Assembly: GCA_034188985.1 (NCBI GenBank)
Contig: JAXHVT010000033.1
Coordinates: 43,190 to 107,189, forward strand
Reading direction: 5' to 3'
DNA from: Actinomycetota bacterium
GTDB lineage: Bacteria; Actinomycetota; Geothermincolia; Geothermincolales; RBG-13-55-18
Length of the DNA: 64,000 nucleotides
In this document: in pieces, positions 46,492 through 56,203 of the stretch
Layout: each line of letters starts with the position of its first letter
How positions within the stretch are numbered: the first letter of the stretch is position 1
The notes under the pieces: model-generated
Seen by the model: the letters and a program-made list of their open reading frames with translations, nothing else
Database searches by the model: none
What the model was told of the DNA's origin: nothing
Position numbers and translations under genes: made by a program

Positions 46492-47448
46492 ATGGAGAAA
46501 AAGGAGCTTATCTACAAGGGCAAGGCTAAGAGGATTTTCGCCACCGATGAGCCGGGGCGGATCATCCATGAGTTCAAGGATGAGGCCACCGCCTTCAACG
46601 GCGAGAAGAGGGGCATCATCGCGGGTAAGGGAAAGACCAATGCCCTGATGACCGACATCATATTCCGCTACCTAGAGAAGAACGGCGTGCGGACCCATTA
46701 TATCGAGCTGCTTTCGGATAACGAGATCCTGACCTGGCGGCTGGATATGATCCTGGTGGAGGTAACGGTGCGCAACTATGCCGCCGGCAGCCTGGTGCAA
46801 CGCCTGGGATACGAGGAGAAGGCGGAGCTGAAGGCTCCACTGGTGGAATATTTCTATAAACAAGACGAGCTGGGCGATCCCATGATCTCGCGGGAGCATG
46901 TCCGGGAGCTAGGATTGGCCACCGAAGATCAACTGGACGAGATGACCGATGTCGCCGTGCGCGTCAACGACATCCTCGTCCCTTATTTCCAGGCCCGCGG
47001 CCTTATCCTGGCTGATTTCAAACTGGAGTTCGGGGTAAGGGAGGGCCAGGTCTTCCTGGCGGATGAATTCAGTCCCGACATATGCCGCCTATGGGATGCG
47101 GCGACCGGGGAGATCATGGATAAAGACCGCTTCAGGCGGGATCTGGGGCGGCTGGAGGAGACCTACGTCGAGGTGCTCAGAAGGGTAAAAGAAGAGGAGA
47201 CCGTTATGCAGGTATTTATTTACATCTCTCCCAAGAAAGGGGTGCTCGACCCGCAGGGGCAGGCCGCATTGGGGGCGCTCAAGTCCCTGGGCTTCGATGA
47301 GGTATCCGAGGTGCGCGTGGGAAAGTATATTACCCTGCACCTGGAGGGAGCGGACGAGGCGAACATCGACGAGAGGATCGAGGATATGTGCGAGAAGCTT
47401 CTGGCCAATCCCATCATCGAGGATTATCGTTTCGAGGTTCAGTACTAG
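46492..47448 (+). CDS. purC: SAICAR synthetase fused in frame to PurS
   Basis: 318 aa. Residues 1-235 are PurC ([26 protein letters not shown]). Residues 239-318 are PurS ([20 protein letters not shown]...[11 protein letters not shown]). No stop separates them. Confidence 0.9.
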   Translation: MEKKELIYKGKAKRIFATDEPGRIIHEFKDEATAFNGEKRGIIAGKGKTNALMTDIIFRYLEKNGVRTHYIELLSDNEILTWRLDMILVEVTVRNYAAGSLVQRLGYEEKAELKAPLVEYFYKQDELGDPMISREHVRELGLATEDQLDEMTDVAVRVNDILVPYFQARGLILADFKLEFGVREGQVFLADEFSPDICRLWDAATGEIMDKDRFRRDLGRLEETYVEVLRRVKEEETVMQVFIYISPKKGVLDPQGQAALGALKSLGFDEVSEVRVGKYITLHLEGADEANIDERIEDMCEKLLANPIIEDYRFEVQY

Positions 47449-47501
47449 GTGGTGTTTCGTGTCGTGAATGTCCGTTCGCGCGACGAGAGGGGAGGAACCG
47501 G

Positions 47502-48200
47502 ATGAGATTCGGTGTAGTGGTCTTTCCCGGCTCAAACTGCGAGGCCGACTGCTATCACGTGATAGACGAGGTTCTGGGTGAGGGCGTGGATTATGTCTGG
47601 CATCGGGAGAAAGACGTCTCCTCGTACGATTGTCTTATCCTTCCCGGTGGATTCTCCTATGGCGATTACCTGCGCTGCGGCGCTATTTCCCGCTTCAGCC
47701 CGGTGATGGAGGCGATAACCCGCTTCGCCGGCGAGGGAGGCCTGGTGATAGGGATATGCAATGGTTTCCAGATTCTACTGGAGGCGGGGCTGCTTTCGGG
47801 CGCCATGCTCCGCAACACCAGGCTCAATTTTATCTGCAGGTTCGTCGACTTGAGGGTCGAGAACGCCGGTACGCCGTGGACCTACAAGGCCCGGGAGGGG
47901 CAGGTATTGAGCATGCCTATAGCGCATAACGAAGGTAATTATATGGTCGACGCCGATACCCACGAACTCCTGGCGAACGAGGGTAGGATCATCCTGCGCT
48001 ACTGCGACCGCATGGGCGAGATCTCCGAGAAGAGCAATCCCAACGGGGCCATGGATAATATCGCGGGGATATGCAACCGTGACTTCAACGTCTTCGGGCT
48101 CATGCCCCACCCGGAGAGGGCATCCGAGGATATCCTGGGAAGCGTGGACGGGATGGTTATATGGGAATCGATCATGGCGCATTATCGTGGAAAAGGTTAG
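47502..48200 (+). CDS. purQ: FGAM synthase glutaminase subunit
   Basis: [34 protein letters not shown] lies upstream of the ATG at 47502. Confidence 0.95.
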   Translation: MRFGVVVFPGSNCEADCYHVIDEVLGEGVDYVWHREKDVSSYDCLILPGGFSYGDYLRCGAISRFSPVMEAITRFAGEGGLVIGICNGFQILLEAGLLSGAMLRNTRLNFICRFVDLRVENAGTPWTYKAREGQVLSMPIAHNEGNYMVDADTHELLANEGRIILRYCDRMGEISEKSNPNGAMDNIAGICNRDFNVFGLMPHPERASEDILGSVDGMVIWESIMAHYRGKG

Positions 48201-48209
48201 GTTGTTGTT

Positions 48210-50405
48210 ATGACGGAGCTTTACGAGGAATTGGGACTGACAGTCGATGAATACCGCGATATCATCCGCCTCCTTGGCCGGAAGCCGAACGAGGTGGAAC
48301 TGGGGATGTACTCCCTTATGTGGTCCGAGCACTGCTCCTATAAGAGCTCGAAGATGGTTCTCTCCCAGTTGCCCACCCGGGCGTCCTATGTGCTGCAGGG
48401 GCCGGGAGAGAACGCCGGGATAATAGACATAGGCGGCGGTCTGGCCGTCGCGTTCAAGATGGAATCCCATAACCACCCCAGCGCGGTGGAGCCATATCAG
48501 GGAGCGGCCACGGGCATCGGCGGCATAGTCAGGGATATATTCACCATGGGAGCCCGCCCTATCGCCTGCCTGGACCCCCTGCGTTTCGGCGATCCCGGCA
48601 AGGCGAGGACCCGCTACCTGCTAGGCGGGGTTGTTTCGGGTATCGCTGGCTATGGCAACTGTCTGGGCATACCCACCGTGGGTGGCGATATCTATTTCGA
48701 CCCCTGCTATGATGAGAACCCGCTGGTAAACGTGATGTGCATCGGTTTGATGCCCAAGGAAAACCTCATACGGGGACTGGCCAAGGGCAAGGGTAACGCC
48801 GTGGTCCTGATCGGCAACCGCACCGGTCGTGACGGCATAGGGGGGGCCTCCATCCTGGCCTCCCAGGAATTCGACGAGAGCTCTCAGGAAAAGAGGCCCA
48901 GCGTTCAGGTGGGGGACCCCTTCACTGAGAAACTGCTTATCGAGGCGTGCCTGGAGCTTCTGGACGGGGAATTGCTGGTGGGGCTTCAGGACCTGGGTGC
49001 GGCCGGCATCTCATGTGCCTGTTCAGAGACGGCGGCGAGGGGTAACGTGGGGATGCGTGTTTACCTCGAGCGCGTACCGCTCAGGGAGGAGATGGAGCCC
49101 TTCGAGATCGTCATATCGGAATCCCAGGAACGCATGCTGGCCATAGCGGAGCCGGATAAGCTGGAGCAGGTGATGGAGGTATGCGGCAAATGGGGTCTCA
49201 ACGCCGTGGTTATCGGCGAGGTGACGGATGGGGACCACATGGAGATGCTGTGGAATGGAGAGAAGGTCGCCGACGTGCCCGCCTCCACCCTGGCCGACGG
49301 GCCGGTATACGATCGCATGGCGGAGAAGCCCTCCTATATGGAGGAGGTGCAATCCCTGGACCCGGAAAGCCTGCAGCACCCCGAGGACTATAACCGCGTT
49401 CTCTTGGACCTGGCCGGGGGCCCCAACCTCTGTGGCAAGAGATGGGTTTACGAGCAGTACGATCACATGGTTCAGCTGAACACCGTGGTGTACCCGGGAT
49501 CGGATGCCGCCGTATTGAGGGTGAAGGGGACCAGCAAGGGGCTGGCCGTCTCCTGTGATGGCAACTCACGCTATGTATATCTCGATCCCTACGTCGGTAC
49601 CCAGATAACGGTGGCTGAATCCGCCCGCAACGTAGTGGCCGCGGGAGGTGTACCCATGGCCCTCACCAATTGCCTGAATTTCGGCAATCCGGAACGTCCG
49701 GACATATTCTGGCAGTTCAGGGAGGCGGTCAGGGGTCTGGCCGACTCGGCTCGATTCCTCGAGCTGCCCGTGGTCAGCGGAAACGTGAGCTTCTACAACG
49801 AGTCCTTCGGGGAGGCGATCTACCCGACCCCCGTGATAGGTATGGTGGGCCTGATAGGCAACCTGATCCACCGTCGCACCATCGCTTTCCCGCGGGAGGG
49901 GATGCTGGTTTGCATGTTGGGGGAGACCAGGAGGGAACTGGGAGGCTCCGAGTATCTCAGTATGATCCACAACCTGGTGGCGGGGCAGCCCCCGGCCCTG
50001 GAGCTGCGCCGGGAGAAGAAAACCCAGGCTACCTGCATAGAGGGCATACGGTTGGGATTGATACGCTCCGCCCACGATTGCTCGGAGGGGGGAGTGGCGT
50101 TGACCCTGCTGGAATGTTGCTGTGCGGCCGGCTTAGGTGCTAACTTAATGGTGGAGGACGAATTGGAACCCATATACTGGTTATTCAGCGAGAGTCAGTC
50201 GCGCTTTATCATTGCCCTGGAGGAGAGGGACCTTGTGGCCATGAAGGAACTGGCCGTCAAACGCGAGGTTCCCCTCTCCGTGCTGGGGTGCGTGGAGGGG
50301 AGCCGCCTGTCGATCAACGATTGGATAGATCTGGAGGTCGAGGATATGGCGAGGACGCGGGATGAGGCCCTGCAGGATCTTATGGAGGGCGGCGTCCAGG
50401 ATTAA
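48210..50405 (+). CDS. purL: FGAM synthase subunit II (small PurL)
   Basis: 731 aa: WSEHCSYKSSK, ESHNHPSAVEPYQGAATG. Confidence 0.95.
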   Translation: MTELYEELGLTVDEYRDIIRLLGRKPNEVELGMYSLMWSEHCSYKSSKMVLSQLPTRASYVLQGPGENAGIIDIGGGLAVAFKMESHNHPSAVEPYQGAATGIGGIVRDIFTMGARPIACLDPLRFGDPGKARTRYLLGGVVSGIAGYGNCLGIPTVGGDIYFDPCYDENPLVNVMCIGLMPKENLIRGLAKGKGNAVVLIGNRTGRDGIGGASILASQEFDESSQEKRPSVQVGDPFTEKLLIEACLELLDGELLVGLQDLGAAGISCACSETAARGNVGMRVYLERVPLREEMEPFEIVISESQERMLAIAEPDKLEQVMEVCGKWGLNAVVIGEVTDGDHMEMLWNGEKVADVPASTLADGPVYDRMAEKPSYMEEVQSLDPESLQHPEDYNRVLLDLAGGPNLCGKRWVYEQYDHMVQLNTVVYPGSDAAVLRVKGTSKGLAVSCDGNSRYVYLDPYVGTQITVAESARNVVAAGGVPMALTNCLNFGNPERPDIFWQFREAVRGLADSARFLELPVVSGNVSFYNESFGEAIYPTPVIGMVGLIGNLIHRRTIAFPREGMLVCMLGETRRELGGSEYLSMIHNLVAGQPPALELRREKKTQATCIEGIRLGLIRSAHDCSEGGVALTLLECCCAAGLGANLMVEDELEPIYWLFSESQSRFIIALEERDLVAMKELAVKREVPLSVLGCVEGSRLSINDWIDLEVEDMARTRDEALQDLMEGGVQD

Positions 50406-50443
50406 TGTGGGAGTGGCGTTCGATTAAGAGGTGATGACGGGGA

Positions 50444-51862
50444 ATGAGTTTTGAGATCGGGGAGTCTTGCGGCGTATTCGGCATCTACGTCCGTGACGAC
50501 GATGTTTGCAAACTGTCTTATTACGCCCTCTACGCTCTTCAGCACCGCGGCCAGGAGAGCGCGGGTATCGCCGTTTCCGACGGCAAGGAGTCACTGTTGC
50601 TCAAGGATATGGGAATGGTATCCCAGGTGTTCAGCGAGCGGGACCTGCTCAATCTCAAGGGGCACCTTGCCCTGGGACATGTTAGGTACTCCACCACGGG
50701 TTCCACCTCATGGGAGAACTCCCAGCCCATCCAGGTGCCGAGGAAGGGCGGCTCCGTTTTCGTGGCACATAACGGCAATCTCATAAACACCAATGCGCTC
50801 CGCGACGGGATGAAGGCCGAAGGGATCCGTTTTCGCACCTCCTCCGATACGGAGGTGGTAGCCATGCTGCTGGCCCACTCCGGAGCCCTGGATATCGCGG
50901 ATGCAGTAAAGGAGGTCATGCCCCGATTGACCGGCGCCTATGCTCTGGGCGTCATGACTGAGGACAAGGTTATAGGGGTAAGGGATCCCTTCGGAATAAG
51001 GCCCTTGTGCGTGGGGAAATACGGCGACGGCTACGCCATTGCCAGCGAATCCTGTGGACTGGATATCATCGGGGCCGAGTATTTGCGGGAGATAGAGCCG
51101 GGTGAGATGGCCGTCCTGGACGAGGACGGTTTGAGGTTCGAGAGGGTCATGGAGGCGCGCAAGCCCTCCCTCTGCATATTCGAGTTCATATATTTCGCGC
51201 GCCCGGATTCCGTCATGCACGACACATATCTCTATCATGCCAGGAAACACATGGGTATGAGCCTGGCCGACGAAGCCCCGGTGGAGGCCGACGTGGTAAT
51301 GCCTATCCCCGATACCGGCGTTCCGGCGGCCATCGGTTACTCGCAGGTCTCGGGCGTGACTTTCGGCGAGGGCTTGATTAAGAACCGTTACGTGGGCAGG
51401 ACCTTCATACAGCCCACTCAGGCTATACGCCAGCTGGGCGTGAGGTTGAAGCTGAACCCACTGGTGCGGGATATTGAGGGCAAGCGCCTGGTGGTGGTGG
51501 ATGATTCCATCGTGCGCGGCAATACCACCAAGGAGATAGTTAAAATGTTGAAGGACGCGGGGGCCAGGGAGGTCCATATGCGTATCAGCTCGCCCCCCGA
51601 CAGATATCCATGTTTCTACGGTATAGATACGGCCATTCGCAAGCAGCTCATCGCCTCGACCATGAGCGTGGAGGAGATACGCCGCTTTATAGGCGCCGAT
51701 ACGTTGCACTACTTGAGCAAGGAGAACCTCGTCAGGGCTACCAGGAGACAGCGGGAGGATTTTTGCCTGGCTTGCTTCGACGGCGATTACCCGATACCTG
51801 TGCCCGAGGACTCCAAGATGGCCAAGTTCAGGCTGGAAAGAAGAAGGATCGAGGTGAAATGA
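50444..51862 (+). CDS. purF: Amidophosphoribosyltransferase
   Basis: A propeptide then CGVFGIY, VVDDSIVRGNT, and C-terminal Fe-S cysteines. Confidence 0.95.
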   Translation: MSFEIGESCGVFGIYVRDDDVCKLSYYALYALQHRGQESAGIAVSDGKESLLLKDMGMVSQVFSERDLLNLKGHLALGHVRYSTTGSTSWENSQPIQVPRKGGSVFVAHNGNLINTNALRDGMKAEGIRFRTSSDTEVVAMLLAHSGALDIADAVKEVMPRLTGAYALGVMTEDKVIGVRDPFGIRPLCVGKYGDGYAIASESCGLDIIGAEYLREIEPGEMAVLDEDGLRFERVMEARKPSLCIFEFIYFARPDSVMHDTYLYHARKHMGMSLADEAPVEADVVMPIPDTGVPAAIGYSQVSGVTFGEGLIKNRYVGRTFIQPTQAIRQLGVRLKLNPLVRDIEGKRLVVVDDSIVRGNTTKEIVKMLKDAGAREVHMRISSPPDRYPCFYGIDTAIRKQLIASTMSVEEIRRFIGADTLHYLSKENLVRATRRQREDFCLACFDGDYPIPVPEDSKMAKFRLERRRIEVK

Positions 51863-52923
51863 ACCGGGAAGACGAGAAACGGGAGCTTGACGAGCCCATG
51901 ACCTACCGCGAGTCCGGCGTGGATATAGAGGCCGGGAAGAAGGCTGTAGAGTTGATAGAGGATCTTGCGGCCTCCACTCACCGCACTGGGGTTATGTCCC
52001 GCCTGGGAGGTTTTTCCGGCATGTTCTCCGGCGCTTTCGATGCGTATGCCGACCCCGTGCTGGTCTCCTCCGTGGACGGGGTGGGCACCAAGCTAAGGAT
52101 AGCCCGGATGCTGGACCGACACGACACCATCGGGATCGATCTGGTCGCCATGTGCGTGGATGATATCGTGACCTGCGGCGCGGAGCCGCTGTTCATGCTG
52201 GACTACCTGGCCATGGGCAAGGTTGTCCCGGAGAAGGTCGCAGAGATCGTGTCCGGCATATCCAGGGGGTGCCGGCGGGCGGGCTGCTCCCTTATCGGGG
52301 GGGAGACCGCAGAGCATCCGGGGATCATGGAGGAGGATCAGTACGACCTGGCCGGGTTCGTTCTGGGCGTGGTGGACAAGGAAAAACTGATAGACGGGTC
52401 GAGAATCGTACCGGGTGATGTCATGCTGGGATTGACGAGCTCCGGCCTGCACTCCAATGGTTATTCCCTGGTCCGAAAGCTTTTTTTCGAGGGATACGGT
52501 TTCGATCCCTACGACAGGTTGAGGGGTCTGGCCGGAACCCTGGGGGATGAATTGCTCAAGCCAACGGAGATATATGCCCCGGCGGTGCTGGGATTGATGC
52601 GGGAGATGGAGGTTAAGGGCGTGGCGCACGTGACCGGCGGCGGGCTTGTCGAGAACGTCCCCAGGATACTTCCCGCCGGTGTGGATGCAGTCATCGATAT
52701 CACCTCCTGGCATCCTCACAGCATCTTCGGAATCATCCAGAAAATGGGAGATATGGAGGAGGCGGAGATGTTCAAGACCTTCAACATGGGGATAGGCATG
52801 GTTGTTGTCGTAGGCCTGGGGGAATTTCGCCAGGCCCTTCACGTCTTGAACCTCCTGAATTACAGGGCTTACCGTATAGGGGAAATGCACGAGGGTACGG
52901 GCGGTATCTGTTTAACCGCTTGA
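51859..52923 (+). CDS. purM: AIR synthetase
   Basis: The ATG at 51859 overlaps the purF stop (ATGA). YRESGVDIEAGKKAV, DGVGTK, GGETAEHPG. Confidence 0.95.
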   Translation: MNREDEKRELDEPMTYRESGVDIEAGKKAVELIEDLAASTHRTGVMSRLGGFSGMFSGAFDAYADPVLVSSVDGVGTKLRIARMLDRHDTIGIDLVAMCVDDIVTCGAEPLFMLDYLAMGKVVPEKVAEIVSGISRGCRRAGCSLIGGETAEHPGIMEEDQYDLAGFVLGVVDKEKLIDGSRIVPGDVMLGLTSSGLHSNGYSLVRKLFFEGYGFDPYDRLRGLAGTLGDELLKPTEIYAPAVLGLMREMEVKGVAHVTGGGLVENVPRILPAGVDAVIDITSWHPHSIFGIIQKMGDMEEAEMFKTFNMGIGMVVVVGLGEFRQALHVLNLLNYRAYRIGEMHEGTGGICLTA

Positions 52924-52942
52924 AAGCCGAAAGGAGGTAGGG

Positions 52943-53608
52943 GTGAAGGGCGAACCCTGCTGCTTGGGGATATTGGTGTCCGGCAGCGGAACCAATATGG
53001 AGAATATCGCTGAGAAGATCGAAGAGGGCTATATACGGGGCCATATAACCGTGGTCATCAGCGATGTCGAGGAGGCCTATGCTCTGGTTCGTGCCGGGCG
53101 TCACGGCCTCAAGGCCGTTTTTATGGACCCCTCCCCGTTTTCCGAACGCGCCGAGTATGACCGGGCGCTTATCCGTGTACTGGAGGAAAACCAGGTGAAC
53201 CTGGTGGTATTGGCCGGCTACATGCGCCTGGTGGGAGAGGGGTTCGTGAATGCTTACAGGCATCGCATCATGAATATACACCCGGCCCTGCTGCCGTCTT
53301 TTCCCGGAACCTCGGGGGTTGCGGACGCCCTGGATTACGGCGTAAAGGTAAGCGGGGTGACGGTTCATTTCGTGGACGAGGGTCTGGATACCGGGCCGGT
53401 CATCCTGCAGGAAGCGGTACCCGTCATGCCCGGAGACACCAGGGAGACGTTGCATCAGCGCATCCACGAGGTGGAATACCGTCTTTACCCGCGGGCGATA
53501 AGCTGTTACTGCAATGGGCTTATAAGGGTGGAGGGAAGACACGTGCTTATCATGGATGAGGACGAAGCCAAGACACCAGATACGGGTCGACGAGGTACGA
53601 GACAATAA
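52943..53608 (+). CDS. purN: GAR formyltransferase
   Basis: GTG start 5 nt after AAGGAGG. ILVSGSGTN, NIHPALLP, VHFVDEGLDTGP. Confidence 0.9.
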   Translation: MKGEPCCLGILVSGSGTNMENIAEKIEEGYIRGHITVVISDVEEAYALVRAGRHGLKAVFMDPSPFSERAEYDRALIRVLEENQVNLVVLAGYMRLVGEGFVNAYRHRIMNIHPALLPSFPGTSGVADALDYGVKVSGVTVHFVDEGLDTGPVILQEAVPVMPGDTRETLHQRIHEVEYRLYPRAISCYCNGLIRVEGRHVLIMDEDEAKTPDTGRRGTRQ

Positions 53609-53632
53609 TCGCTGTCCAAGGGGGTATTCAAC

Positions 53633-55177
53633 ATGGCCAATATCAAGAGGGCGCTTCTCAGCGTGTCCAATAAGGCGGGGATAATTGGCCTCGTCCGCGA
53701 GCTGAAGGAGATGGGAATAGAGATCATCTCCACCGGGGGGACGGAAAAAAAGCTTCGCAGCGAAGGGCTTGACGTCACGCCCATATCGGAGGTCACCGGC
53801 TTTCCGGAGATGCTGGGAGGAAGGGTGAAGACGCTGCACCCCCACATCCACGGCGCCCTTCTGGCCGATCGCGGAAACCCGGAACACGTAAAAGAGATGG
53901 AGAAGATGGGCATACTGCCCATCGACCTGGCGGTAGTCAACCTGTATCCTTTCGCGGAGACAATCTCCAAACCGGATGTGGCCCTGGAGGAGGCGGTGGA
54001 GCAGATAGATATCGGAGGCGTGGCCTTGATAAGGGCGGCGGCGAAAAATTTCGCCGATGTCGCCGTGGTGACCAACCCCAAGCGCTATTCCTCTATCCTC
54101 CTGGAGATGCGACGTTCCGATTGCTCACTTTCCCTCAAGACCAGGCGCTCGCTGGCAGCGGAGGCTTTCCGCCACACCGCCAACTACGACGCCACCATCT
54201 ATGCGTATCTCTCCAAGGCCTTCGAGGAGTTCCCGGATACCATGACCCTGGTATTGAAAAGGAAGAGCGAGCTGCGCTACGGTGAGAATCCACACCAGAA
54301 AGCCGCGCTTTACCGGGAGATAGGGGCTCCCTCGAGCTCCCTTGTCTTCGGGGATCAGCTGCATGGCAAGGAGCTCTCTTTCAACAACGTCCTCGATCTC
54401 GACGCGGCATGGACCCTGGTCAAGGATTTCCCCCTCCCTGCGGCGGTAGTCATCAAGCATAACAATCCATGCGGGGCGGCCATGGCCGAGAGGCTGTCAA
54501 CCGCTTACGAGAGAGCACATGCATGCGACCCGGTGAGTGCCTTTGGAAGCGTTGTCGCCTTGAACAGGCCCCTGGACGAGGAAACCGCGGTCCTCATCGA
54601 TTCCACCTTCGTGGAGGCGGTTATAGCTCCCGCCGTTCCCAACTCCTCCCTGAAGCTGCTGCAAGGCAAGGAGGGAATCAGGGTTCTACAGCTTCCCCTG
54701 GAGAAAGAGGCCTTCTCCACCCTCAAGGACCTCAAGCGGGTGGACGGGGGGTTGCTGGTTCAGGATTACGATAGCGTGGAGGATTCCTGGGATGAGGTGC
54801 AGTACGTAGGGGGCGGGGTGCCCGAAGAGAAACAGAGGGAGGACCTCGATTTCGCCTGGAAAGTGGCCCGCTGCGTGCGATCCAATGCTATCGTGCTATC
54901 CAGGGACCGGGCTACGGTGGGCATAGGAGCGGGGCAGATGAGCCGTGTGGACGCCACGCGCCTGGCCCTGATGAAGGCTGGCGAAAAGGCGCGGGGAGCG
55001 GTAATGGCGTCGGATGCCTTTTTCCCTTTCCCGGACGCGATAGAGCTGGCGGCGGAGGCGGGGGTGGAAGCCATTATTCAGCCTGGTGGATCCATGCGGG
55101 ACGAGGAGGTTTTCGAGGTAGTTGAGAGGCTGGGCATGGTAATGGCGCTGACCGGAAAACGCCATTTCCGACACTGA
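53633..55177 (+). CDS. purH: AICAR transformylase / IMP cyclohydrolase
   Basis: 514 aa: ALLSVSNK, GGRVKTLHP, KHNNPCG, GGSMRD. Confidence 0.95.
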   Translation: MANIKRALLSVSNKAGIIGLVRELKEMGIEIISTGGTEKKLRSEGLDVTPISEVTGFPEMLGGRVKTLHPHIHGALLADRGNPEHVKEMEKMGILPIDLAVVNLYPFAETISKPDVALEEAVEQIDIGGVALIRAAAKNFADVAVVTNPKRYSSILLEMRRSDCSLSLKTRRSLAAEAFRHTANYDATIYAYLSKAFEEFPDTMTLVLKRKSELRYGENPHQKAALYREIGAPSSSLVFGDQLHGKELSFNNVLDLDAAWTLVKDFPLPAAVVIKHNNPCGAAMAERLSTAYERAHACDPVSAFGSVVALNRPLDEETAVLIDSTFVEAVIAPAVPNSSLKLLQGKEGIRVLQLPLEKEAFSTLKDLKRVDGGLLVQDYDSVEDSWDEVQYVGGGVPEEKQREDLDFAWKVARCVRSNAIVLSRDRATVGIGAGQMSRVDATRLALMKAGEKARGAVMASDAFFPFPDAIELAAEAGVEAIIQPGGSMRDEEVFEVVERLGMVMALTGKRHFRH

Positions 55178-55204
55178 GAGAGCGCAGTATAGTAACATAG
55201 CTGT

Positions 55205-55498
55205 ATGAATAAATTCTACCTGGTGATTCGCATAATCCTTCTGGTAGCGCTGTTCTTTCTTCTGGCCTCGGTCTTCTGGGGTCTGGCCCAGCGCAAGAGC
55301 ACGCAGATAGATGGGGATACCAAGAATTACGAGCGGAACGATATAGGCTGTCCGGCGGGCTATACGTCCGTGATACTCATCATTCTCGTCGTTCTGGGAA
55401 TCTTCGCGGTCCTCGTCTCCATCTTCTTCGAGTACTATCAGGTTAGAAAAGAGAGGATGGAACCGGGGTCCGGCGGGAGGGGGGAATTGCGGGGATAG
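55205..55498 (+). CDS. Small two-TM membrane protein
   Basis: 97 aa with two hydrophobic helices. No family recognised. Confidence 0.45.
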   Translation: MNKFYLVIRIILLVALFFLLASVFWGLAQRKSTQIDGDTKNYERNDIGCPAGYTSVILIILVVLGIFAVLVSIFFEYYQVRKERMEPGSGGRGELRG

Positions 55499-55659
55499 AA
55501 CCCCTTCGGGCCGGAATGCCGGATGGGGGATTCGACATCTTCCACACATCCATCCCGGATGATAAAGGCCGTTACGCCCTTACGTTTACCGTCCTTTTAT
55601 CAAGGGAAACATAGCTTGTGGTGGATGTATCGAGCGTGGATGGCATGGAGGTGGATCAC

Positions 55660-56103
55660 ATGGCCATAGTCAAGTGGAATCCCTTTGGCTTTTTGCCGAG
55701 CCGGGTCGGGCTGCGGAGCACCATGCGCTGGCCGGAGATCGGCGAGGCATTCGGAGTTCCTTTCGCCCAGTGGCCCAGCATGGATATCTATTCCAAGGGA
55801 GACGACCTGGTGATAAAGGCGGAGGTTCCGGGATCATCGCCGGAGGATATAGATATCGATCTCGAGGATGACGTTTTGACCATCTCGGGCAAACGCACCC
55901 ACGAGGAAGAGGTGGAGGAGGACGATTACTATCGCAAGGAATGTGCGTACGGCTCCTTCTGCCGCAATATCCAGTTGCCCAAGGGCATCGGGGAGGAGGA
56001 CGTATCCGCCAAGCTCAAGGACGGCTTACTCGAGGTGGTGGTGAAGGGCGCGGGCGCCTCGGCCCCACCCAAGAAGAGGATACCCATCGAGAAAGGCGAC
56101 TGA
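55660..56103 (+). CDS. hsp20: Small heat-shock protein (Hsp20 family), second copy
   Basis: MAIVKWNPF... parallels the first copy. AEVPG..PEDIDIDL, FCRNIQLP, GLLEV. GGAGG lies 8 nt upstream of the ATG at 55660. Confidence 0.85.
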   Translation: MAIVKWNPFGFLPSRVGLRSTMRWPEIGEAFGVPFAQWPSMDIYSKGDDLVIKAEVPGSSPEDIDIDLEDDVLTISGKRTHEEEVEEDDYYRKECAYGSFCRNIQLPKGIGEEDVSAKLKDGLLEVVVKGAGASAPPKKRIPIEKGD

Positions 56104-56203
56104 GAGACCCGACACCGCGGCGTGTCATGATTCCGCCGGTGACGTCCGGACGGTCGTACCTGGTATAGTCTTTCGAGGAAAGGTTCGTTTTTCACCGGGG
56201 AGG

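Noticed and set aside
55590-55617. TATCAAG-N7-TAGCTTG upstream of the second hsp20, considered as a second HspR operator.
   Set aside because: The half-sites are in the opposite order to HAIR (TCAAG...CTTG instead of CTTGA...TCAAG), and the arms match at only 4-5 positions.
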